In this document: one piece after another, positions 37,409 to 46,677 of the stretch
Layout: each line of letters begins with the position of its first letter
How positions within the stretch are numbered: the stretch's first letter is position 1
Position numbers and translations under genes: made by a program
DNA from: Thermoplasmatota archaeon
Lineage (GTDB): Archaea; Thermoplasmatota; E2; JACPAO01; JAHFTW01
Direction of reading: 5' to 3'
DNA: 64,000 nt
Assembly: GCA_041601615.1 (NCBI GenBank)
Contig: JBFIHX010000004.1
Location: 64,001-128,000, forward strand
The notes under the pieces: model-generated
What the model was told of the DNA's origin: nothing
Seen by the model: only the letters and a program-made list of their open reading frames with translations
Database searches by the model: none

Positions 37409-40048
37409 TTACCAAGCGCCGTTGTCGCTCCACCAGTCGGCGCCGATGGAGAAGCTGTTGCCGGAGGTTGGCGTGGGCGGGCTCTTGCAGGGCCAGGTCA
37501 AGACGGTGCCCCAGAAGCTCGGGCCCAGAACACTTGGGCTGCCGAGGGTGGGTCCGGTGGGCCAGGTTCCAAGCAGGTAGCCGTTTTGTTGGCAGCCGTT
37601 GCGTTCGACGGCTTCCGAGTAGCTGTCTTGTCCGAAGACATCCACGAGAATGCCTGCGGCATAGATGTCCTGGGTGTTGGTCAGGCACTGGGGTTCGATG
37701 TCGCCAAAGGGAGGCTGCATCGCAATGGCCATGCAGACGTTTGCCGGATGCAGCGGGGTGGGCTGCGAGGCGTAGGAGTACGCTTGCACGTGGGTGTCCC
37801 ATGGCTGCGGCACACCATACTGGTAGGCATGGGCGTCGTAGGTGTCCGATCCGCCTACGGAGTACAGTTGTCCGATTCCGTTGACGCCGGCGCCTTGTCC
37901 TTTCACGTCGGTGACCGGCATGGGTGCGTCCGCGTCGGCTTGGAGCCAGTAGTTGTCGTGGCCGGCGAGGTCTACGAGGGTGCCGATGGGCGGCATGGTG
38001 TGGCCGGGCGTGCTTGCGGCCGCACCGGGGTTGATGGCCCCGATGTACTTGGTGAGGTCCTGCGCCATCTCCAACACCGATTGCAGGGTCAGATCTTGCA
38101 GGGAAATCTGTTTGATTTGGGGCGGCTTGATTTGAATCCGCGTCAAATCGAGGTTGGGCACGACCTTGTTTGCCATTCCTTGGCCGTACGTGATGGCGTC
38201 GGCTGGCCCGATGGGGTTCGTGGCGCGGGTGAAGGCATGGTAGTGGTCGTAGGCGTCGACGAGGCCGGTTCGCGTACTGCCAAGGTTGCAGGGCGTGGCG
38301 GCTGCCACAGCACTGTCGATGGCGCCTGATGCGAGTCCGAGTGGGCGGACCTTTGGCGGGTTCATGGCGCATCCGTCGGGTTCGATGGGGCCAAGCGATA
38401 GCAGGGCGCCGTGCACGTAGGAGGCGGGCCCGAAGCTCAGGTACGGCGAGTCAAACCGGTCGTACATGAGGTTGCCCGCGAAGCCTTGGACGTACAGGTG
38501 GGAGCTGGCCTTGCAGCCTTCGGAGCGGGCGTCGGAGTTGGCGTGGAAGCTGTCTCGGACTCCGTGGTCGGCGTCGAGCAGAATGCCTTGGCCGAACCAT
38601 CCGGAGGCGCCTTGTCCGACGCCGACGGCGCGGCTGGTCACGGTGCAGTATCCGGGTGAGTCGGAGGAGACGTCGATGTTGTACGAGTCGCTTCCGAGCA
38701 AGTCAGCCAGCAAGCCGAGGGGTAGTTCGCATTCGGCAGAGGTGCCGTCTGCGGCTACGACGCCTGCTTTGTTGGCGCTGCATGGGCTTGGTACGCAGAG
38801 CCTGGACATGTCGCTGTCGAGGGAGCAGTTTCCGCCCGCGTTGTTGAATTGCGGGTGGATGGCGCTCTCAAGGTTCACGCCTTGTGCGAAGACGTATGCG
38901 TGGCTGCCTTTTTGGCCGGATGCGGCGGAGGCGGAGGCGTGGGCGCCTGCGTAGTAGTGGTCGTCGCCTTCTTTGTCGGCGAGGATTCCGATGCCGCCGA
39001 TGGAGACGCCTTGTGCGTTTGTGTGGGCGTTGTTGTCGGGGTCATCGCCGCGTTCTTCGGTGTACGAGAAGTACGAGTCGTGGCCTGTGTCGTCGCCGAG
39101 GAGGCCAAAGCCGGCGTCCATGCCGACTCCTTGTACGAAGGAGTAGGAGAGGTTCCAGTGGCAGTTTTGTTGCAGAGTGTTGGCGTTGTAGGTGTAGTAG
39201 CGGTCGTCGCCGGATGCGTCGATGAGTGCGCCGACGCCGGCAACGCCCACGCCTTGGGCGTAGATTTGCTGGAGGTGGTAGCCCCAGCATAGGTTGGCTT
39301 GGTTTCCGAGGCTCATGTCGTAGCGGTCGTCGCCCCAGCGGTCAAAGAGAACGCCGATGCCGCCGATGCCGACGCCTTGGCTCCAGCCGGAGTCGCCGTG
39401 GTTGGGGTGTTGGCTTCCGGTGCTGTATCGATCGTTGCCGCCGAGGTCTGCGATGATGCTGACGGGTGCTCGGAGGTTCGACCAGGGGGTGCCGGTGGCG
39501 GCGTAGTTGTCGTAGCAGTCGTCGCCGCCTGTTTCGATGATGAGCATGCGCTCGACGAAGTAGCAGTCGCTGCCGGGTCCGCCCACTTCGATGGAGCCGC
39601 TTGGGTCGATCCAAGTGGCGGAGATGGTGATGGTTGGCAGCGCGTGGACGGCGTCGATGATGGCTTGTGCGGCGTCTTGCAGGGGTTGGGTGTCGAGGTT
39701 GTCCAGTTGGTCTTCGAGCCATTTTTGGTTCTCGATGCTGACGGCGGTGCGTTCTTTTTGGGGCACTTGCGCGTGTAGCAGGAGGTCCCAGAATCGGTCT
39801 GGGTCGTCGAGGTCTGCAAAGACTTGGGCGCGGGTTTCCACGGCGGCTGCGAGCGCTTCCACGGCGGGCGCTATTGCCGGGTCCGGCGCTTGGACGGTCT
39901 GCCGTGGGAAGTCCAGGGCGTCGTAGAGGTGATCGAATGCGCGTTGTGTGGGGTCCACGTTGGGCGCGGTGGGTGTGTTCATGGCCACTGCGGGGGTCAG
40001 TAAGAGTGTGACCAGCAGTAGGCTTTGGAGGGCGGTTCGGGGGTTCAT
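37409..40048 (-). CDS. Large secreted repeat protein, unknown function
   Basis: Signal peptide; recurrent (A/V)QG(V)G.GG.G.L.D..G.D.Y repeats. Confidence 0.8.
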   Translation of the reverse strand: MNPRTALQSLLLVTLLLTPAVAMNTPTAPNVDPTQRAFDHLYDALDFPRQTVQAPDPAIAPAVEALAAAVETRAQVFADLDDPDRFWDLLLHAQVPQKERTAVSIENQKWLEDQLDNLDTQPLQDAAQAIIDAVHALPTITISATWIDPSGSIEVGGPGSDCYFVERMLIIETGGDDCYDNYAATGTPWSNLRAPVSIIADLGGNDRYSTGSQHPNHGDSGWSQGVGIGGIGVLFDRWGDDRYDMSLGNQANLCWGYHLQQIYAQGVGVAGVGALIDASGDDRYYTYNANTLQQNCHWNLSYSFVQGVGMDAGFGLLGDDTGHDSYFSYTEERGDDPDNNAHTNAQGVSIGGIGILADKEGDDHYYAGAHASASAASGQKGSHAYVFAQGVNLESAIHPQFNNAGGNCSLDSDMSRLCVPSPCSANKAGVVAADGTSAECELPLGLLADLLGSDSYNIDVSSDSPGYCTVTSRAVGVGQGASGWFGQGILLDADHGVRDSFHANSDARSEGCKASSHLYVQGFAGNLMYDRFDSPYLSFGPASYVHGALLSLGPIEPDGCAMNPPKVRPLGLASGAIDSAVAAATPCNLGSTRTGLVDAYDHYHAFTRATNPIGPADAITYGQGMANKVVPNLDLTRIQIKPPQIKQISLQDLTLQSVLEMAQDLTKYIGAINPGAAASTPGHTMPPIGTLVDLAGHDNYWLQADADAPMPVTDVKGQGAGVNGIGQLYSVGGSDTYDAHAYQYGVPQPWDTHVQAYSYASQPTPLHPANVCMAIAMQPPFGDIEPQCLTNTQDIYAAGILVDVFGQDSYSEAVERNGCQQNGYLLGTWPTGPTLGSPSVLGPSFWGTVLTWPCKSPPTPTSGNSFSIGADWWSDNGAW

Positions 40049-40060
40049 GGGTTTTCCTTT

Positions 40061-40083
40061 TGGTTGGTTGGTTGGTTGGTTGG
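40061..40083. repeat. (TGGT)5+ tetranucleotide tract
   Basis: TGGTTGGTTGGTTGGTTGGTTGG read directly; just upstream of the start at 40048. Confidence 0.85.
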
Positions 40084-40109
40084 GTGTGGTGGTGTGTGAG
40101 TGGGATGCG

Positions 40110-41330
40110 TTATTCGGAGGCAGGCGGGTCTGGGTAGGGTGCTGTTGCCCAGGGTGAGAGGGTAACGGGGCCTCGTATTCGGTTGGTTTCGGGCGGGTCG
40201 TGGCCCCACCAGTTGTTGGGCACATGGAGCGTGGTTTCGCCGGTGTTGTCGAGTAGGATGCCGGAGCCGACGATGTTGTTGTCTTGAAGGAGGATGCCGG
40301 GGTGCGTGGTGAGGTTGAGGAGGGTGCCGTGGCCGGAGATGGAGGAATGGGTGAGTTGGACGGGGCCCCGGGCGCGGAGGGCGGTTTGAACGTCGGTGAT
40401 GTGGAGGCGGTCTAGGGTGGCGTTTCCTTCATTGAGAAACAGGGCGAGGTTGCCTCCTTGGAAGGTGGAGTTTTGCAACGTGAGGTTGCTTGCGAATGCG
40501 GTGATGCCGTGCCCACTTGCCTGGAACATGGTGGCTTGGATGGTGGCATCGCTGTCGCGCAGGTAGATGCCGCATTCTTGCAGAAAGGTTCCTTCCTGCA
40601 ATGCGAGGGTGCTGGATTCGAGGCGCAAGCCGTAGTCGAGGGTGGAGCGTGACTGGATGGAGCGCAATTGAAGCGTGGATCGTTCGGCGTGGATGCCGTA
40701 TCCGGTGATGTTGTCCCAGGTGCCTTGTTGGATGTGGATGTGACTGTCGAAGAGTCGTACCGCATTTCCTTGGGCGTTTTGGAATTGGATGTTTTCTGCG
40801 AAGATCGTGCCCCTCGTGGCGCGAATCAGTTCCCCGGGGCTGTCTTGGAGCGTGGTGTCAAAGAGGGCGAGGGAGCCATGGATTTGCAGGGCACCGGCGG
40901 AGAGGTGGATGGTGCTGTTGCGGATTTCTAGGGTGCCGTCGACAATGAAGCGGACATGGCGAAGGTTAGCGTGGTCCAGCACTAGGTGGACGCCTGGTGG
41001 GACATGCACCACGGCGGCGCGATCGTCGCCTGCGGCTGGTGCGAAGTCAAGGTGGTTCCATGTGGTGGATGCGGGAAGGGTGAACGATGCTCCTTGTTCA
41101 AGCATCGATGCCGCGGGGGCTGGCGCGCTGCAACCGGACAGCATACTGAGTGTGATGGCAAGGGCTAGAATCGTGGCGCAGGTGGCGGCGCGGGGCGTGG
41201 CGCGGGGGCCGGTGCGCAGAGTGGCGCCGGAAGTGGTGCTGTGGGTGATTGCGTTGCGCGCATGGCGGCACGTTGGGGATGAGCTCCTTCTTGTGCAATT
41301 GTTGGAACGCATCCTGGGACACTTCGTCAA
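40110..41330 (-). CDS. Lipoprotein with right-handed parallel beta-helix repeats; true start probably downstream of 41330
   Basis: MLSGC lipobox; repeated GI.L..S...I.N..F patterns; NNWWG. Confidence 0.65.
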   Translation of the reverse strand: MTKCPRMRSNNCTRRSSSPTCRHARNAITHSTTSGATLRTGPRATPRAATCATILALAITLSMLSGCSAPAPAASMLEQGASFTLPASTTWNHLDFAPAAGDDRAAVVHVPPGVHLVLDHANLRHVRFIVDGTLEIRNSTIHLSAGALQIHGSLALFDTTLQDSPGELIRATRGTIFAENIQFQNAQGNAVRLFDSHIHIQQGTWDNITGYGIHAERSTLQLRSIQSRSTLDYGLRLESSTLALQEGTFLQECGIYLRDSDATIQATMFQASGHGITAFASNLTLQNSTFQGGNLALFLNEGNATLDRLHITDVQTALRARGPVQLTHSSISGHGTLLNLTTHPGILLQDNNIVGSGILLDNTGETTLHVPNNWWGHDPPETNRIRGPVTLSPWATAPYPDPPASE

Positions 41331-41552
41331 TTTGACTATCAGTGTATTCGTTGTTTTGTTCCCCCTTGATTTCGTGGATCGAGCCGGGAAACGGCCACCA
41401 AGGATGGGGAAATGCCAGGGGAGTCAGGGGTATTGCATCGGCGCTTGCTCGCGGAGCGCCGACTCCATGGATATGCAAAGGGAACGAAGGAAAAAGTGGG
41501 GAAAAGCACGGATAATGCAAGGGCCCTAGGGGCCCAAGATCAAGACCTCGAA

Positions 41553-43505
41553 TTAGCCCTGCAGGCTCTGCACGCAAGCCTTGACGTCACTGGTGCTGAT
41601 TTGCGTGACGGCCATGGCGGCGAGTTTGCGGCAGTCGGTGGTGTCCGGTACGCAGTTCTTGATGTCTGTCGTGGTCGGGGGCACTGCACTGAAGCAGGAC
41701 GTCACGTCGCAGGGGTCCGGGGAGAACGAGTCGCACGGATCAACCGGGCACAGAAGCTGAATGTTCAGCTCGCAGGGGTCCGGGTCGCAGCTCAGTCCGA
41801 GGTACTGCAAGAGTACGCAGGGGTCGACGGGGCAGTTGGCGGGTTTCTCGCAGGGGACCGTGCAGTCGAAGTCGATGAGGTTTTGGACAACGGGGCACGG
41901 GTCGGGGTCGCAAGGGTCGCCACCGGGCACACCGGGTCCGCCAGGCACAATGGGTCCAGCTGCGATGCGGGGAACCGGCAGGGAATCGGCGAGGCCCCGG
42001 GGTAGCTGCACGCCGTCCGTGGGGCAGCATTCAGCAGGAGGGGTGGGTCCACCGGGCAGGCCGGGGACGGCGACTCCGCCGGGGAGTCCGGCGCTTGGCG
42101 AGAGCAGGACGATGTCCTTGATGCCGCCTGGCGGGCTGACGGTGGACGAGCACACAGGCGGGCAGATGTCCACTTCGACGTCATTGGCGTGGTCCTGGCT
42201 GGGTTCCACTTCTTGGCCAATCAGGCACTTGGGGACAGCCGGGTCGTCGGTCGGGGGGTCGGAGTCGTCGATGCTGCCTTCGCCGCACAGAGCGCTGGCG
42301 TGGGCGTGGCTGACGATGATTTCGACAGTTTCGCCAAGAGGCAGGTCCAGGAAGACGTGCAGAGCGTTGCGGTAGACTTGGGAACTGCCGCTGGTGCTGG
42401 AGCCGACCACTTCGTCAAAGAGGACGTAGCCGAGAGTGCTCTGGGTGTTGAGAGGCGATCCGCTGACGGCAAGTTGGTTGTTGCGGATTTGCACACCAAG
42501 GGTTTCACCATCGGTGGTGTAGCCTGCGGCGCCGTTCATGGCGTAGGCGTCCACTTCGCTGCGAAGTACATCGACGCGCAGGAGGGCGGCGCCATTGTAG
42601 TTGATGCCGAAATCGACGATTTGGGCGCTGGCAGCGGAGTCCACGCGGTGCGTGCCGACGTCCACGGTGGCTTCGGCGTGGAGCACCTTGCCGAAGATGT
42701 CGACGTTGTTGACGGCGTAGTTGAAGGCCTGGACGTCGAGGTGTTCGTCGTTGGGTGCGTCGACGAAGTTGAGTTTGTCTACGCGGACGGCGGCGCCGCC
42801 GGGGTAGTTGGGCTCATTGACTTCGACGAAGAGGTCGTAGGCGTCTGCCATGCCCTTTGCCTTGCCCTTGAAGCTGTTGCGAATGTCATCGAACACATCT
42901 TGCAAGTCGCTGGCGGTGGTGGGGTTGTAGTAGTGGCTGGGGCTGGTCGCGGCGCCTTCTAGTTCGGCTTGGTTGACGTTGGGGCCAAAGCCGATGCTGA
43001 AGATGATGATGCCGTCGTTCTTTGCGGCGGTGGCGGCGGCGTGGGTGGCGGCCGTGTTGCCGGATACGCCATCGCTCAGAAGCACCATGAACCAGCCAAC
43101 GTTGGAGCGTCCATTGTTGGTGAATTCTTGGTGGCCGGTCTGGATGCCGATGGCGATGTTGGTGCCGCCGCCGGCGCTCATGGCGTTGACTGCGTACTCG
43201 GTGCTGGCCGTGTTGGTTGCACCCGTGTGGACGTTGTCAAGGCCCTTGTCGAGAGATGCGCTGCTGCTGTAGCTCACGAGGCCACTGTGGTCGCTGCCAA
43301 TGAGTTGGCCAAGCAGGAAGTTAGCGCCGGATTTGGAATCGGCGAGGGGTTGTCCGTACATGGAGCCAGAGCGGTCCATGACCAGCATGATGTCGGCGTT
43401 GCCGATGGTCTCGCATTCGGGATAAACCGGGTGGTCTGCTGCTGCATTGGGCAGGACGATCAATCCTGAAATTAGCAGCATGAACATCACAGAAATGGTG
43501 CGCAT
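41553..43505 (-). CDS. Secreted vWA-domain protein with Cys/Pro-rich C-terminal tail
   Basis: MIDAS motif DRSGSM, GGTN, LLSDG; repeated (D/N)PC motifs at the C-terminus. Confidence 0.85.
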   Translation of the reverse strand: MRTISVMFMLLISGLIVLPNAAADHPVYPECETIGNADIMLVMDRSGSMYGQPLADSKSGANFLLGQLIGSDHSGLVSYSSSASLDKGLDNVHTGATNTASTEYAVNAMSAGGGTNIAIGIQTGHQEFTNNGRSNVGWFMVLLSDGVSGNTAATHAAATAAKNDGIIIFSIGFGPNVNQAELEGAATSPSHYYNPTTASDLQDVFDDIRNSFKGKAKGMADAYDLFVEVNEPNYPGGAAVRVDKLNFVDAPNDEHLDVQAFNYAVNNVDIFGKVLHAEATVDVGTHRVDSAASAQIVDFGINYNGAALLRVDVLRSEVDAYAMNGAAGYTTDGETLGVQIRNNQLAVSGSPLNTQSTLGYVLFDEVVGSSTSGSSQVYRNALHVFLDLPLGETVEIIVSHAHASALCGEGSIDDSDPPTDDPAVPKCLIGQEVEPSQDHANDVEVDICPPVCSSTVSPPGGIKDIVLLSPSAGLPGGVAVPGLPGGPTPPAECCPTDGVQLPRGLADSLPVPRIAAGPIVPGGPGVPGGDPCDPDPCPVVQNLIDFDCTVPCEKPANCPVDPCVLLQYLGLSCDPDPCELNIQLLCPVDPCDSFSPDPCDVTSCFSAVPPTTTDIKNCVPDTTDCRKLAAMAVTQISTSDVKACVQSLQG

Positions 43506-43649
43506 AGCGCCGCAGATGGGTTTCGGCTGTTAGCTGTGGGCGTCACATTGTTACCCGGTTTTGGGCCGATATGAACCAACGCCTGCTCTCCGAACCGGGT
43601 GGGCGAGGCGCCCGGCAGGCTTCTACCTCGGGCGCGGCGTGCCCGTCGC

Positions 43650-45344
43650 ATGCGCGTTCTTGGTGCCGTTGCCTTGACGATCCTCGTGTCCTTTGCAGGC
43701 TGCCTTTCGAGCAATTCCACGACTCCCGATTCGGGCGCGGGGATGCAGATTCCGGTAACGGAGGGCGATGCGCAGCAACCGTTTGCGACGTTCCTTTGCA
43801 AGGACGGCTATGTGGCGGCCGGGGGGCTTACTGCTGCCAACTTGGATCGCTGCAACCACCGCGTCACCAAGCCCCTGTTGGATGCGTCCCGCTTGGATGT
43901 CGTCGGCCAGCATGGGCCCGCCAATGAGGTCAGCATTGCCATGAATCCGACAAACATCCTCAATGCGGCGGGCGGCGCGAAGGATTACACGGTCAGCTAC
44001 GTCAGCGACGACGCGGGGTGTGGCGAATTCACCGTCTGGATGGGCACCTATGCTACCTTCGATGGCGGCCTCACTTGGTCCAATGATTTGATGCCTGGAT
44101 TCCCCGGCGACGACCGACCCAGCCCGCTTTCTGGCAATGGCTGCAACACGGACCCGGTTTTGGTGTTCGACGACGACGGTACCTTGTACTACAGCGGCCT
44201 GAATTACCGGGGCGCTCGCGATGACTTATCCACCATCGATTTTCCGGGCACCGAGCACGACGCAGTCACCGGCAGCCAAGTGTACTTTGCCCGCAGCCAG
44301 GACGGCGGTGCCAGCTACGACCGGATTACGTTCACAAGCTTTGGCGACAACGACAACGTGTTCAACGACAAGCAATGGTTTGCGGCCCAGGCTGGCGGCG
44401 ACCACATGATTCTGACGTGGAGCGATTTCATCGGCCCCGGCCCCGTGATTCTGTACTCCGAGAGCCTTGATGCGGGCGCAACTTGGACCCCGCCTCGACC
44501 CATTCCGGGCGCCAACGCGCTCACGGTTTTGGCAGTTCAAGATTCCATGCCGCAGTACTTCACGGGCCCGGCCGGTGAGCAGCGCGTGGCAGCCACTTGG
44601 GTGAGCACGGGGGTTAAAGCAAGCCCCCACAGCGAAGGCCCCGAGTCGGTCATTGCCTACGCGGAGGGCATCGTCACTCCCGCCGGCGTCCAGTGGATTC
44701 CCGCCACAGCCGCATTTTCCTACAACCCGGTCCAATCTGGGCCCGGCCGCGACGGCAGTGGCCCAAGCACCTTCCGCTGGGGCACCATCCCCGTGCTTGC
44801 CGTAGACACCATTGGCGGCGCGTGCGATGGCCGACGCTATGTGGTCTGGGAGGACCAACCTGGGCCCCTGGACTCCGACGTGAACGTACTGCTTCGCTAC
44901 AGCGACGACGGCGTTGCCTGGTCCATGCCCCTGCGCGTCAGCTACACCGGCACCGGCGACCAATTGATGCCGTGGATTGAAACCGACGAGGAAGGCGGCG
45001 TGCACGTTGCCTACTACGACCGCCGCAACGATCCTGACAACCGCCTCCTCGACGTCTACTACGCATACTCCGAGGACTGCGCCGAGACATTCTTGCCAGA
45101 CATTCGAGTCACGGAAGCAAGCTTCGACGGCGACCTGGGCCACCACCAAAACGGCTCGCCCTTCATTGGCGACTACATTGGCATGGACGCCACGAGCGAA
45201 GCGGCGATGATCATCTGGGCCGACACGCGCCACACGGGAAGCCCCGGCCGCGAGGCAGGAAGCGACGTCTACACCGCGACGATTCTGCGGGACCTGGATG
45301 TTCGAGCCCAGTTCGACGCCGTGTTCAGCGAACCTCGGCCGTGA
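43650..45344 (+). CDS. BNR/Asp-box beta-propeller (sialidase-like) lipoprotein
   Basis: FAGCL lipobox; TFDGGLTW, SQDGGASY, SLDAGATW and SDDGVAW Asp-boxes; FIGDY. Confidence 0.85.
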   Translation: MRVLGAVALTILVSFAGCLSSNSTTPDSGAGMQIPVTEGDAQQPFATFLCKDGYVAAGGLTAANLDRCNHRVTKPLLDASRLDVVGQHGPANEVSIAMNPTNILNAAGGAKDYTVSYVSDDAGCGEFTVWMGTYATFDGGLTWSNDLMPGFPGDDRPSPLSGNGCNTDPVLVFDDDGTLYYSGLNYRGARDDLSTIDFPGTEHDAVTGSQVYFARSQDGGASYDRITFTSFGDNDNVFNDKQWFAAQAGGDHMILTWSDFIGPGPVILYSESLDAGATWTPPRPIPGANALTVLAVQDSMPQYFTGPAGEQRVAATWVSTGVKASPHSEGPESVIAYAEGIVTPAGVQWIPATAAFSYNPVQSGPGRDGSGPSTFRWGTIPVLAVDTIGGACDGRRYVVWEDQPGPLDSDVNVLLRYSDDGVAWSMPLRVSYTGTGDQLMPWIETDEEGGVHVAYYDRRNDPDNRLLDVYYAYSEDCAETFLPDIRVTEASFDGDLGHHQNGSPFIGDYIGMDATSEAAMIIWADTRHTGSPGREAGSDVYTATILRDLDVRAQFDAVFSEPRP

Positions 45345-46311
45345 TGTAGACCCAGCGCGCCGGAAATGAAGCACCGTCAAAAACGCGGTCGGCTGCCATG
45401 CGCAGCACCCGCAACCGATCCGAGACCGCCTCCGGGCTTGGTTCTGTGCCCTCGACCTTGGGGCTGCCACCCATCCAGCCAACGATGCCGTCGTGGTAGA
45501 CACCAAGGAACTCCATCCACTCACCCACATCCACGTCGAACACTTGTTCCCGCGTGGAGATGATCTCGAAGCCGGCAGCAACCAGCGCACTCGTGTAGGT
45601 CTTGAGCGGCCGCACCGGCAGGAAGTAGCGTTTGCGCAGCGCGTCGTGGCTCTCCATGCAAACGGCATCAGACAGCGCCGGTCGGTATGCTGCGAACGAG
45701 TCGTCCTCGGCCACAATTTTTGCCGCTTCGGCCGCAAGCGCGTGCACGGTTTCGTCGATGATCCATTCGCCCGTGTCCGGGTGCTCTGGGGCTATGTTGC
45801 CCGATTGAATCACGGCACGGCCGCCGGGTCGCAGCACGCGGCGCCAGGCACGCAACGTATCGGCAAGGTCGTAGTAGAGGTGGATGGCGTTGGCGCTGAC
45901 GATGGCAGCAACACCTCGAAGCAAGTGCATTCCAACGACTTCGTCCAAGGACTCCAAGCGACGCACCTCGGGTTGGTAGCGAATGAGTCGGAACGCCGTG
46001 CGCGGGTCGTTGCCGTGTTTTTCCAGGTCCAAGCGGAGGAATTTGGCCGAAGCATCCACGTTCAAGATTCCGATGCTGCGGTCGCCCGCGCGCGCCAGGA
46101 GCCTATCGCCGAGCAGGCCGGTGCCGCCGGAGTAGTCCACCACGATGTGGCCGTCGCCAAGAAATTCCAGCACTTCGTCCACCGTAGGGTTGAGGTTGTC
46201 GTACCAACCGTGGCCTCCCAACAAGTCATACCCCCGCGCCAAGTCCGACAACGGCTGCCGAGTCCAGGGGTCATCCTCGATGCGCTCAAAGCCCGCTGGC
46301 CAGACGTTCAT
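45325..46311 (-). CDS. Class I SAM-dependent methyltransferase
   Basis: VVDYSGGTG; ANAIHLY; RVLRPGG. Confidence 0.85.
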   Translation of the reverse strand: MNVWPAGFERIEDDPWTRQPLSDLARGYDLLGGHGWYDNLNPTVDEVLEFLGDGHIVVDYSGGTGLLGDRLLARAGDRSIGILNVDASAKFLRLDLEKHGNDPRTAFRLIRYQPEVRRLESLDEVVGMHLLRGVAAIVSANAIHLYYDLADTLRAWRRVLRPGGRAVIQSGNIAPEHPDTGEWIIDETVHALAAEAAKIVAEDDSFAAYRPALSDAVCMESHDALRKRYFLPVRPLKTYTSALVAAGFEIISTREQVFDVDVGEWMEFLGVYHDGIVGWMGGSPKVEGTEPSPEAVSDRLRVLRMAADRVFDGASFPARWVYITAEVR

Positions 46312-46415
46312 AGCGAACCGAAGACGCAGTACCAAATTAGGCCGTTCGATGGTTGCACAGACATCGCCATGGGTGCGAGGCAGGACATCGCGCCTGATTT
46401 GGCGCCGAAATGCTA

Positions 46416-46677
46416 GGCTACGCCCTCGGCAAACCTAGGGTTTTGGCAATCACCACCGTCCCGTGCAAGCACGGGCCGAAGGATTCCTCGGGCTTCGCCC
46501 TAGGCATCGCGAAAACGACTCCCCCTCGCTACGCTCGGGGCAACCCTAGCGTTTTCGCGATCCCCTTCGTCGCCGGACAAGCCGGCACCGAAGGTCCGCT
46601 CGCTGCGCTCGCTGATTACCAAAACCCGTTTCCCTCGGGCTACGCCCTCGGCAAACCTAGGGTTTTGGCAATCACCA
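46416..46677 (-). mobile_element. Tandem pair of 111-bp structured gene-end elements with three copies of the acyl-CoA dehydrogenase 3' end
   Basis: Stop codons at 46640, 46529 and 46418 (111 bp period); 46416-46455 identical to 46638-46677; 46529-46561 encodes the same [10 protein letters not shown] with 7 synonymous changes; mobility is inferred. Confidence 0.8.

Noticed and set aside
46416-46677. CRISPR array or TIGR-like array interpretation of the periodic repeats
   Set aside because: The repeats are copies of a coding end, the intervening parts are homologous structured cores rather than unique spacers, and no associated genes are nearby
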